DNA of 61,545 bases, the filler included, from Rhabdomonas costata (lineage: Eukaryota), in the NCBI GenBank assembly GCA_019059605.1. It is 21 parts of 21 records of this genome, joined end to end, with 100 filler letters (N's around TTAATTAATTAA, not from the genome) between each part and the next. Parts side by side here need not be neighbours in the genome. Positions count along the whole stretch, not along the records: positions 11,750 to 14,594 come from JAHMHO010001934.1; positions 14,695 to 17,530 come from JAHMHO010001935.1; positions 17,631 to 20,466 come from JAHMHO010001936.1; positions 20,567 to 23,402 come from JAHMHO010001937.1; 17 more parts are not named here. The stretch is one strand, 5' to 3'. A program made the translations under genes and the position numbers. The notes beneath the pieces were generated by a model. The model made no database searches. It was given only the letters and a program-made list of their open reading frames with translations, and had not been told where the DNA came from. This document shows, piece after piece, positions 12,104 through 23,300 of this stretch (position 1 is its first letter; each line of letters begins with the position of its first letter).

Positions 12104-14020
12104 GGCTCACCGTGGCGCATATCGCGCACACCACGAAGGTGGACTGGCTGGAGCTTAACCTCTCCGCCACGAAGCTGCTGTTCCGAGACAAGCACCGCTG
12201 CCTGGTGCTGGTGGACGTCGCCACCAACGAGCGCACCACCCTGCTGAACTACTGCTCCTACGTCCAGGCACCCCCCATATTTAGCTGTCTGCTGCTGCCC
12301 TTGCGCTTCCTTGGAAACACCCGAACTCATTCTCTGGCCACTCAGCGAGAAGGTTTGATTGTCATTCCCTGGGCTATTGTATTCAGCCTGGGTGTGGAGG
12401 GGTATTAACCGTTTAGTGGTGGTCAACACCGCTAAACGGCCAGTATATTTTTGAAACACACACACATACAGGGGTTCCGGCACAGTACACCAGCTCTCTT
12501 GACAGTATTCCGAGGTTTCAGCGCAGTGTATGTAACACCAATGTTATTGTACAGCTTTAAGCGTTCTGTTGTTCAGTTTGTGTGTTCAGTTTGTCACGTT
12601 TCGGTCAAATATCGAACGGTGGTAAACGTTGAAATGGCATCCCCCACTCAAGAAAAACAATCGCCTTCCTCCTCCTCTGCGCCGCCTCCGCCTCGAGGTT
12701 TTCGAAAAAGAAAACTGCTCAGGGCTGCAAGACACCGCAGCAGTTTTAGGGCGACTACGCTTACACACCCACCCAAACAGCCAACCACGCATATGTAGCG
12801 GCGTCGTCTATTATTTTGAAATGGCTTCGTATTGGGTGTTCCGTTTGCCTGTGTTTTTTTTGTTTGTTTGTGGATATGGGGGGGGGGCAGTGGGTGCCGG
12901 AAAGCGACGTGGTAGTGGCGCAGAACCGCGGAGACCTGTGCGTCTGGTACAGCATCGACGCCCCGGACCGCGTGGCGATTGTACCGATTAAGGGTGACGT
13001 CGTGCAAATCGAGCGCGCCGCGGGCCGCACTGAGGTCATCGTGGACGAGGGTATATGCTCGCAGTTGTTCTATATATGTGCACTGCTCGTGTTGCGGGAT
13101 GCGATGGTTGTGATTTGGGGTAATTACCTTTGCCATGACGCGTATCGCCGCAACCCCGCCCTCCCGTGCGAGACTTATTCATGGGATTGCAGACTCGTGT
13201 GAAAACCATCCCAGCTCTTTCCATGACGATCCCCGCCGCCAGTATCAGTGGACAGAAACTTTTGCAAGAGCCCTGTCTGGGAACCGAATCCTCAAACCCT
13301 GACCCCTGCTAACAATGGTATATGAATACACAAGGCTGGCTGAAGCTCGTGAAAACGTTGGTGCAGGGATGTCAACTGCTGTGAGGGATCTCTCACAAGG
13401 TTTGTCACGAGTTGGTGTCTGTGTCTTAGAAGGTAAGTGCTCGACCACATGGGCTGGAAAGCGCCACGCACTCCTTTTGGGTCGGACGGGTACTTTGAAG
13501 GGTGTATCGGTGCATAGTCAGTCAGGGTCCGCGCTGTGCCTTCCAGGGACGAACACCGTGGCCTACGCCCTGGATGAGGCTCTGATTGAGTTCGGGCAAG
13601 CCCTGGAGGCGAAGAACTTGGAGAGGTTTTTGCTTCTTGTTTCCTGAGCCACGGCTGTGTGTCTGTTCCCAACCAGGCACCTGCGGGCCTCCTTGTTTTA
13701 CATTTTGGTGCCTGACTGTATTTGTACCAGTGTTTACCTTCTTACGCCCAGCTCGGGGGTGTATGCGTGTGTGTGTGCGTGTGCGTGTGCGTGTGCGTGT
13801 GCGTGTGCGTGTGCGTGTGCGTGTGCGTGTGTGTTTGTGCAGGGCATGCGCTCTGCTGGACCAGATCGCCCTGACCCCGGAGACGGAGGCGATGTGGCAG
13901 ACCTTGGCCTCCGCCGCGCTGGACTCCGGGTCCTACGCCATTGCGGAGCGGGCGTGCAGCGCGCTGGGCGACGTCGCGACGGGCAACGCCCTGGCAAAGA
14001 TCAACGAGCTCGCGGAGAAG
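12104..14020 (+). CDS. IFT172: Intraflagellar transport protein 172, internal exons 12104-12267, 12891-13050, 13547-13625, 13843-14020
   Basis: Spliced product ...KVDWLELN...KLLFRDK...LLNYCSYVQ/WVPESDVVVAQNR...TEVIVDEG/TNTVAYALDEALIEFG...TPETEAMW...IAERA matches conserved IFT172 motifs. Confidence 0.95.
13765..13832. repeat. (GTGTGC)n microsatellite at the 3' end of IFT172 intron 3
   Basis: Tandem GCGTGT units directly upstream of the TGTGCAG acceptor. Confidence 0.9.
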
Positions 14021-15028
14021 GCACCTCATTTGTCCCCTCCCCACAGGCCTTTCAGTTGGTCCCAAATACACAACCCACTGGGCACTTGTTTTTGTTACGC
14101 CATGCGATGTGACCTTTTTTGGGGTGGGTTGGTCTCAGACCTGCCCCCTTATTAGTATGCCTGATTTTTTTCCCGTTTGTATCTACGCACAAACAAACAC
14201 GCACAGAAATCATCTTTTGGCACGCTGGTGGGGACCGTGCCATTTGTGGCGTGGCATCTAACATAAATTCCACTTGTCGTTTCGCCAGGTAAGCATGACG
14301 AGCCAAAATGGACCCTTCATGCCATAGCATGGCGTAGAGATGCTCCCAGAGACTGGTAATTTGAAGAATTACCATCCCAGCAATTAAACCCCCAACCAGC
14401 CAATCCAGCTGAAGAGATGATACCCGCTCCGGCTCCGGTTAGATTGGGAACTCATTCCGCGAGCAGGGCGAGGGAGATTGTTCTAGATTGTTCTTCAAGG
14501 AAAATTGTTCTACCCCCACCCCCTAACGGTCGATGCAGGTTTGGTAGTCGGCAGAGAAGGTTACATGGGCGCTGCTGGAAGACCCCCCCCCCCCNNNNNN
14601 NNNNNNNNNNNNNNNNNNNNNNNNNNNNNNNNNNNNNNTTAATTAATTAANNNNNNNNNNNNNNNNNNNNNNNNNNNNNNNNNNNNNNNNNNNNACGTCC
14701 CACGAGCACATTCGTGTGCTCTAGGTCGTACCTCCAGCCCTGGCCACATCGAAGACGGCAACCCGGAAGCGGAGGCACCTTCTGTTCTCTGTGTTTTTTA
14801 CCTGGTGCCTCTTGGTTTCAGCTGTTTTTCGCCTGACCGGGTCCAGATCGTTGTTTTCTTTCAATCCAGTGAAAAGCATCCAGCGGTGGGGCAGTAGAGC
14901 GTTTTTCTGTTTAAGAAAAGTCCCTTGAGGGCTTATGAGAGTCGATGTCAGCTGCCTCGGAAGCTTTATGGAGCAAGGGAAAGACTCGTGTGTCCCTCCA
15001 CCTAAATGTTTCCAAAGGAGCCATGCAG

Positions 15029-15124
15029 GTGGTTGAGAAGATGAATGGCCGGTTCTTTGCCGGGAGACGCGTGGGCTGCCGATTCTACAATGAGGCTGCC
15101 TTTCGCAAGCTGCTGGAGTCATGA
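15029..15124 (+). CDS. C-terminal exon of a UHM-type RRM splicing-factor-like protein (SPF45/PUF60/RBM39 class)
   Basis: VVEKMNGRFFAGRRVGCRFYNEAAFRKLLES* contains the UHM NGRxFxGR motif. An upstream DRVQIVVFFQ segment (~14835-14885) fits the preceding strand. Confidence 0.7.
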   Translation: MVEKMNGRFFAGRRVGCRFYNEAAFRKLLES

Positions 15125-15707
15125 GGTAAAAAACACAGAGAACAGAAGGTGCCTCCGCTTCCGGGTTGCCGTCTTCGATGTGGCCAGGGCTGGAGGTACG
15201 ACCTAGAGCACACGAATGTGCTCGTGGGACGTCCTTTAACCGAAAGCTGTTACTGTTCGGGCTGCAAGATGACGTTCTGTTTCGTTTCCTTGTTGTCAGT
15301 CAACAGCTCATGCAGGCACATTGGTGGCTACATTGCATTCACAAGTTCAAGAACAACAGAAAGTACAAAAACCTGCCATTTTTGCTGGACGTTACCCAAG
15401 AGGAATTGGAGCTATTTCCATGCGTTTCTGGCGAAGTTCGCTTTGCTGATGTTATTGCTCCTTGGTGTTATGGGAAGTGTGATTCCAGGTTTGCGTTCCA
15501 TCGTTTGGGAGTGCACCTTTGATGAAACCGTTTGGTACTAACCATTTCTTGCAGAAGTGAGGCAGTGCAAGTGTGGGCAAGTTGGTTGGCTAGTTGCAGC
15601 CATCTCGACAGCTGGTCATGTTCGAGAAATCGGCAGTGCACATTTTCAACCGCTGGCATCTTTTTTGGCAGGGTCGTCTCCCACCCCTTCTTTCTGCTTT
15701 TTTTACA

Positions 15708-16222
15708 TGGCAGAGGCGGTGCGCTACCAGCCCAATCATGTCCTCCGCCGACTTAAGGCTGAAAGTGGAATCCCTCCCACAGTCCCAATATTCTCACCAG
15801 AGTTGCCTGCCCTTCCTGTTGCACGCGGGAGTTTTCAGGATGCTCACGGAGAAAGTATTCGTTCTCATTGGGAAGCTTCCCAAGCTTCCGTGAACCTCGG
15901 AATTGCTAGGCTTCCTCGGTCTCAGTCCCCCATCTCTGTATCTACATCAAGCTCGCGGTCCTACAGGACTGTCAGCACGCTGTCTGGCGCTACCCCCGAC
16001 GTCGTGGTAGAGGAGATCCTTCCTTGTGACGGCGTCGTGCGGTCATCGGCTCCCAACCACGAGCACAGGCGCTCAGACATATCCACCAATACTGCCGACC
16101 ACAATGGAGCGGTGGCGAAGAAATGGTCGACGGAAGCCCGGGATCGGGTCACAGAACGGAATCAGCGGGAACGCCCCCCTGTTCCAGTGGTGGCCTGGGT
16201 GGACCGCAACGATCTTCGTTGA
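15708..16222 (+). CDS. Hypothetical Ser/Pro-rich protein (probable last exon)
   Basis: Long open frame (ORF 15557-16222) after a pyrimidine-rich stretch; no recognisable domain. Confidence 0.35.
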
Positions 16223-19200
16223 CCATACCTGTGCTTTACTGGAAAATATTATTCTCTCCCATGCTCTTGTATGTCTTCAACACCGCTTTCATCTGCCATT
16301 CTTTGTACATTAGTAGGGACTTTTCACTACTGGGGCAAGTTAACCACCCTTTGTGCAAGAGGCTGCGCCAACATTCCCGAACTCTTTGTGCGCATTACCA
16401 TTGGTACTCTGTGGTTAGGGTCAGAGTCATGCCTTGTTTTGGTAGGTGTGCTGCTCCTGTTCCTGTTTGTGCTCCTCCTGTTTGTTAGGTGTGCTGTGTA
16501 CTTGCATTGTAATTGGCCTTTTGTGTGCTGGTTAGCCTCTTTGCCCTGCTTTTACGATGGAGCGTGTGCCGACGGACCGACCAGTTTTATTATAGGTGAC
16601 AAAGCTCGATTTCAAAATGCTCTACCAGACATTAATGCAATATCTTTTTTTGCTTGTGCGTCTCCGGAACGACGAGGCTTACCCTCAAGTAATTTTTTCC
16701 CGTTGCCACCCCTCTCATCCGCATGTACTTGTAATTTGCTACTTTTTTCCCATCAATTTTGGCCTAAAAATCACGATTTTACCCTGATTTTGGCCCTTTT
16801 GCTGGAAAAACCAGTTTTGGGCACTTTTGTGGTTGGTGAGTAAAGCATATTTGTCCCCCTTTCCCCATGTAGTCAATGCTGTTTCACAATGGGTCACAAT
16901 GTAAGTTAAAAGTCAACATTGACCCAATTGGGGGAAAGGGGGGGGGGTGAGCTACTGCGAATTGGGAAGCAACGAGATCAAACCACAACCCGTATATAGC
17001 AACAACCATTTAACAGTGATCCCCCGGGCAATCCAACAAAGAAGAGCAAATGCAGCCCTGCTTGCCATTTTGGCTTCTTGTTTTATTCCTGACTTCTGCT
17101 GTTGAATTCGTTGCCTTCGGCTTCTTGGTGGGGCTCTAACCTCCGAGGTCTTTATTATTCCCTTGGGCTTTAGCGTGGCTTTTCCTTGGCGTACGGCACC
17201 TCCTCGAAGACCGCCTTCTGTCCCAACAGGGGCTCCAATGACCCTCTGTCTTGACCGACATCCGACATCCGGCGCTGCGTCACCAGCTGGGCCTTCCCAT
17301 TCCGGCGGGAGCCCTGTCCGACCCCACCCACGTTCCCGCGCCAGCCGTCGGGGTCAGCCCGACCACCAGCCAACATAAGGGCACACCCGAGCACATCCAA
17401 CCACGCGGGAACAGACACGAAGCTGACGAGGCAACCGCCCCGCAGCATTGCACACCGAAAGGGCGACAGGCAGCACCCCCTCCCCCACCCTCACCACACA
17501 TGCCCGCATTCACCCTTCCACCTCCACCAANNNNNNNNNNNNNNNNNNNNNNNNNNNNNNNNNNNNNNNNNNNNTTAATTAATTAANNNNNNNNNNNNNN
17601 NNNNNNNNNNNNNNNNNNNNNNNNNNNNNNGTTTGTGCCCAGCCTGGGCATTCGTGAGCCGATTTCGTGTTGCTTTTGTGTAAATTGTTTATTTGTGCCA
17701 AACCCCAGCCGTTGCAGAACTCCTATGCCGCAGTGCCGTGAACCTTCTGTGAGAAGAACTTCGGTGATCAGTTTTGACCGTTGTGTTTTTTTCTTGACGT
17801 TTTTGCTATGTTGTTGACATTGAACTTCTGATTGAACTTTGAACTCTTTTTAGATGAAATGCACGTCACTACGCCACAACAGTTCAGTGAATGGTGCATC
17901 AGCATTATCAATAGCAACCTACAATGCAAGCAAAGCCAACGGCGGCCGGAGCAAGGTGGGAACCGCCCACCCAATGGTGGTCTCTAGTTCCGCTCGCAAA
18001 ATTATTCTCGGCGAAAAGCAGCTGTTCTTTTTGTGTCGGCACATCCGCAGCCTTCCCTCCTGCCGTGTTCCCCGATCTATACGAAAACAGAAGCTTCTGA
18101 CAAACACATTGGGATGAAGGGATCAAACCTGCTTGAACGGGTGGAATGTGACAAACTTCACGTCCTGCTGGTGCCCGTGCAGGACGGAAGCCATCTCAAA
18201 GTCATTGTCCGAAGCTGAGGAAACCAAATTCCACATTGAATACGGAAGCCCCTTCTGGTATGCAAGTTAAAGACCTCAGTGTTCGCAGGGAATGGACACA
18301 ATATTGACAAGGGGGAAACAAGTTGCGAGTGGACGGGCGGGAGCTCAGTCTGCCTTGGACATGCGTGCCTTTCTGGTTCTCTGTCTCTGTTATGGTTGTG
18401 GTCTTTCGTCTCACTCAAGCATGCATGCGAGGCGAGGAAAACATATTTACGGGGACGTTCACACGACCCTGTCCCCCAACTTTCACACTGTCCCTTTCGA
18501 AGTTCAGAGTTCAGTTCACCACGGAATGTAAAGGGAGGGACGGCGCCGTCCATAGTCTCTAAAAGTGGTTGGGCGGGCGGGAAGGCAGTGGCACATGTCA
18601 ACAAATGAACAGATGCTGGTAGGAAAGAGAGGGAGAGGGAGAGGGAGACAAAAAGAGGAACAGAGAGAAACAGAGTTCAGTTGAGTAAAAATTTCGCTCC
18701 GGGCGAGAAAAAAGGTGCATATGCTGTGTGGTGAAGCTGTATGATGTGTGAGTGAGGGGGCACACTCTTTTCCCAGACTTCAAGGGTCTTGTCTCGCGAG
18801 CATGTAGCCAAAAGGTTGCCTTCGGGGCTCCAGGCCACCCACTTGACCTCGTTTTCGTGCCCTTCCAGGGTGCTGACTAGGGTGTACCCTGCGGGGCGCG
18901 ATGAGTAAAAAATGGAGCTTCGCTTCTTTTTTGGGTGAACTCAAAAGAAAATGAGGGTGAAGTGCAGAACAAGCATTTCTTTGTACTCATGTCTATGAAC
19001 TCAATTGAATCAACTATTGGTTGAAAAAACGGCGAGGGTGTGGCAGCGAAACCCTGCATTTCCAAGTGTAAGCGTCTCAGTGTAATACACATGTCGTTGG
19101 TGCCCCTTGGCGACTTGTTTCCTTATGTTGCTCGTTGGACAGGCTCTCTTGTCAAAAGGTGTTGTGTTGCGCCTCGACGTCTTGGTATGAGAAGCACCGC

Positions 19201-19636
19201 TTTTGTTTTTCAATCTACTGGTGCTTTCCTCGTGTGGTTTGCCGGATGGCCGTTGCACCGTGCTGCCACAAAACCATGACTTTCCAATCTTCAAGAGAAA
19301 ACTTCTTCAAAAAAGATATTGCTGCATGACATTGAAGCTGAAAATCCCAAGCAGCGATCGCATGTTGCAGGCAACCCAAAATTGTTTGCAATCCTTGCAC
19401 TCGACAGGTGTGTAAGTCCTTCCTTGACATTTCTGGACAATTTTAACGTCGTCCGATTTTAGTCTTCACTCCGCCCACCTCTCCATCCATCCAAGATTCT
19501 TGTCCCAGCTATCCCTCCCCGATGGTATTTTCCCGCATGAAGGACCAGAACAGAGCTTTCATGAGAAACAGGTTGGCGGCCAAAAGAAAACCCACAAAAT
19601 GTCACAAAGTCAAGTTCAGAGGAATTGAAAACAAAC

Positions 19637-20358
19637 CAGAGCTGGAAGCCTCATAGACCGTTACGGTTGCATCGAAACTGGCGCAGGCCAGGAATCTCCC
19701 ACAAGGACTCCATGCAACACACCTGTTGCAGTCAACCACAAAAGGATAACTGTTGCATGGACGTGACCAACCATATGATGACCACGCAGCAGCAATAGCA
19801 ATAGTCTGCAGCGTGATGTTCACAGATTATACGGAAGGAGAAATCAATGATTAACTGATTTACCAGCACGAGCAAAAAAAAAAGACCAAGGGCACAGGGA
19901 AAATGCAAGGCACTCATTGTCTGATGGGAAGGGGGGATTGTTGACGGAGTCCTTAGCCACCCAGCTCTTCCCCTTAGCCCAGGAAGGTCTGCTTCCTCTC
20001 CAACTGAATTCCCACTTCCCTACTTGTCCGTTTCGTCACCTCACCTTTTCCAGTCCTTTTCCGCGCTCCCCGTGTTCATTCAAGTGCAGCACTGTGCCCT
20101 CTGTTGTACTATTGGCCTGCAACGTGCTGTACTCCTTTTCATCATGAAGTGAAGTTGGGTGCGGATTCTCAGGTGTCAGCGCAACAAGCAAAAACCTCAC
20201 AGTGCGGCGATGGTCCTTGTCCAGCACGGCCACACAGATCCAGCGGGAAAAGCCCTCCCCCTCTGGTCTCCATATCCTCACACTCCGGTCCCCGCCACAG
20301 CTGGCAAGCAGGTCGCCCCGGGGGTGCCACGCTACACACCAAACGCGGTCGGTGTGTC
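19637..20358 (-). CDS. CIAO1: Cytosolic Fe-S assembly WD40 protein Cia1, exons 20358-20196 and 19722-19637
   Basis: (G)HTDRVWCVAWHPRGDLLASCGGDRSVRIW...WICVAVLDKDHRRTVR/CVAWSPCGRFLACASFDAT matches the Cia1 N-terminal WD repeats (HxRTVRxVAWSPCG...ASFDAT). Confidence 0.9.
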
Positions 20359-23300
20359 CTGAGAGAACACAAAATAATTAAATTTGCCCCCCTTCTTCTG
20401 TTTGATGCAAGACAGTCGGTGGGCTTCCACCTTTAGGAGGTAAAATGTACAATCTTACAAACCCCCNNNNNNNNNNNNNNNNNNNNNNNNNNNNNNNNNN
20501 NNNNNNNNNNTTAATTAATTAANNNNNNNNNNNNNNNNNNNNNNNNNNNNNNNNNNNNNNNNNNNNTGTGTGTAGCTCCGGCGTGTTTTTCGAAGCCTCC
20601 CAACCTCTACCAATGGGCGCTCGCGGTAGGAAATAAATCCTCCAGGGCGCACAGCGGACGTAGCATCTGAAAGGCTTCAAAAAACACGCCGGCGCTCCAC
20701 AATTCGGCAGAAAAAAGCGCCTAAAAACGCACATAGAAAGGAACCATGAAACCATCCGGGCACTCCAAAACCGGGGCACAACAAGCAGCCGCGGCACGCA
20801 CGTGGAGGCAAAGCCAAAAAGTGCGGGGGAAATGTTTCGAAAAGCCTTGGTACCAGTGGGGTGCAATGTTGTTCGGTTTGGGAACCTTCCGGTTGAACAG
20901 TGCGGGATGACCGGATGGAAAACCCAAACGCATCAGTTAGAAATATGCGATTTCAACACCCAAAACACACAATCAAGCCCAAGCCCGAGAATAATAATTC
21001 GTTTTCCTGCGTGGCCCGGCTGAGGCGCAATAGGTAAAGTCCTCAGCAATGGGTCGGGAAACTGCGGCGCATCATCCGTCCTTCCAACTTCTTGGGTCAT
21101 CCTTTTTCTTCTGCCGCTGGCTTTTGTTGCTTTTTTGGGGGGTTCTTTTGGTTTGGGATTCTTCCTTCTGATGCCGTCGTTGGAACTGCGACGGCCGCCG
21201 CCCGTACCAGGTGAACTGCCCCTGTACCTTTCACCTGGGATTTTCTTTGGCGTACCACCTTTCAAAGGAGACCAACGCCACGGGCAACGGGCCCTCCATA
21301 GTCGGAACCAGGCCGGTCGCAACGTTTGTTGTGCAAAACATGACCGCCAAATTGGGCGTCAGCTGGAAGCGCGCTCTGGACAAACTATTGCGCACTCAGT
21401 GGTCTCTGCATCAATCGAAGTGTTGTTTTGTTTTGTGGTTGTTTATTTTGAACCTGCGTGTGTACAACAAAGCGTTAGTTTTGCTCACATTAATTTTTGG
21501 AACAACGCGCACCTTACTTGGAGCCACTAAGGCAAAAGAAAGTAAACGGGCTCCATCAATCCCCTTTTCTTCTCACTATTTGATATCAAAAAGATGATGG
21601 ATGCATGGAAATGAACGAGAACTGGATGGGAAAGCGGAATGGATTTTTTCAAAAGAGTGAGCGTTTCCCCCTCTCGCACCCGCCGGTGTTTCTTCGAAGA
21701 AAAGCGGAGAAGATTTTCGCCCGTGCCTGCGAATGACGCTCGCCACTGTTGCTGTCACGTGCAGGTTTGTTTAGATGGCAAAGTCCCGCTGAATTGCTGC
21801 GCATCTTTTGGGGCCTTTCCACATACAGTTTGCAAGAAAGTGAGGCCGTTTTCTTCCTGTGAATCACTGACACCGGAGGAATCAAACATGTACGTTCTTA
21901 TATATGAGTGGTCCTGGTGCCGGCTCGAGGCCTCCAGTATGCAGGTTTTATTACCAGACCTTGCAGGTGCCCCTACGCCAAAGAGATTCCATCTTTGCTC
22001 CTTGTTCCAGTAGTTGCGGCGCGCAGTGTAGCCATAGGTAGCACAACCGCAATCACATCCAAGCTTCTACCGCACGAAAGAGCGCGCGCAACCTGTATTC
22101 AGACCGCTGGATATGAAAAATTGGATTACAGTTCGTGTAAGTGCGCTTGGAAAAAACTAATAAGAGGCAATGTTCCGGCAAAAGAAATGCACATTGCCAC
22201 CGCGAGTTGTCCAATGCATGACATCAGAACTTCCGTTTCGCCAAATGGCCGTCTTCTTGTAAAAACGCGGAGGATAAGAGCACACCATGAGAAACCCAAA
22301 AAAATAAAATGGAATAGAAGATCAGGAAATTAAAACCCCCCTAATGGTGTGCACATCTATGGCAGATTTTGAATTTCCGAAAAGTTACAGTGCAAAAAAA
22401 GGTAGGAAAATCTGCTAAACAAAAAGTAAGCAACATCTTTACGCAGTCTTGGCTTTTTTCCAGGGAATACCTGTTAGATGTATCGCCATTTCCTCATTTC
22501 CACTGTTCTCTACGCGTGGATCCTTGCAATTCTATTTGCTTGTCATTTGTATCCAAACTTCAGACTCTTCAGACTATTTTTGTTCTTTCATGTCGGACCT
22601 CCTCTAGGAAACACAGTCCTCCTGACTTCACCCAAAACTCGGGCATTCACGTGCACGTTTTTGTTGGTTTATACGGTTAATCCATAGAAATTCGAGCAAG
22701 TGGTGGCACATCATCCAGAGACTGGTATTTTGGCCGAGGCTCTTGTCTATCAACAATTCTTAAGCTCCAGCTCACTGCTTTAATCATGGCCACATCGTTG
22801 TGTGCGAGAGTTGTGGGGCTGACCAAAAGGACTCCGGACCGGTTTCCGCGCAGGAGCGATGGGAGAGAGTGTTACGGTCCGGTTTACGTGCATGGTATTT
22901 TCAGTCTGGTATGCAAAACTGATCATCTAGCATGCGCCTTTGGACCTCGACCGGATGTTCCAGTCGAAGCTGTATAAAGCTGTATACAGCCTTCGATTAC
23001 TGGCCGGCAGAGACTGGAGTATGCTATATGATTTATGGAGTCAATGGAGTTGATGATGCAGTGATTCCGCCGCGGGCTGAGAGGACGCAGAACAAAGAGA
23101 GACCAGAACTGAGGAGGATGGGTATTGAGGAAGCAGCGCGCAGTGAAGATGGTAGCGCAAAACTTTGACGGTCAAGCTGGCAACGCAAGCCTAGTGGACT
23201 AGGAGTGTGGACAAAATGGTAAGGAGCAATGAAGGTAACAAAAAGGTTTCTCAGTTTGACATGCCCCGACCCCGGGGGTAAACACACCCACCGGCGGAGA

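Noticed and set aside
13734-14155. His-Ala, His-Thr and Val-Arg dipeptide-repeat ORFs
   Set aside because: They are translations of an intronic microsatellite.
14870-15028. Possible non-conventional intron in the UHM gene
   Set aside because: Several GT-AG solutions fit equally well and there is no terminal stem; unresolved without cDNA.
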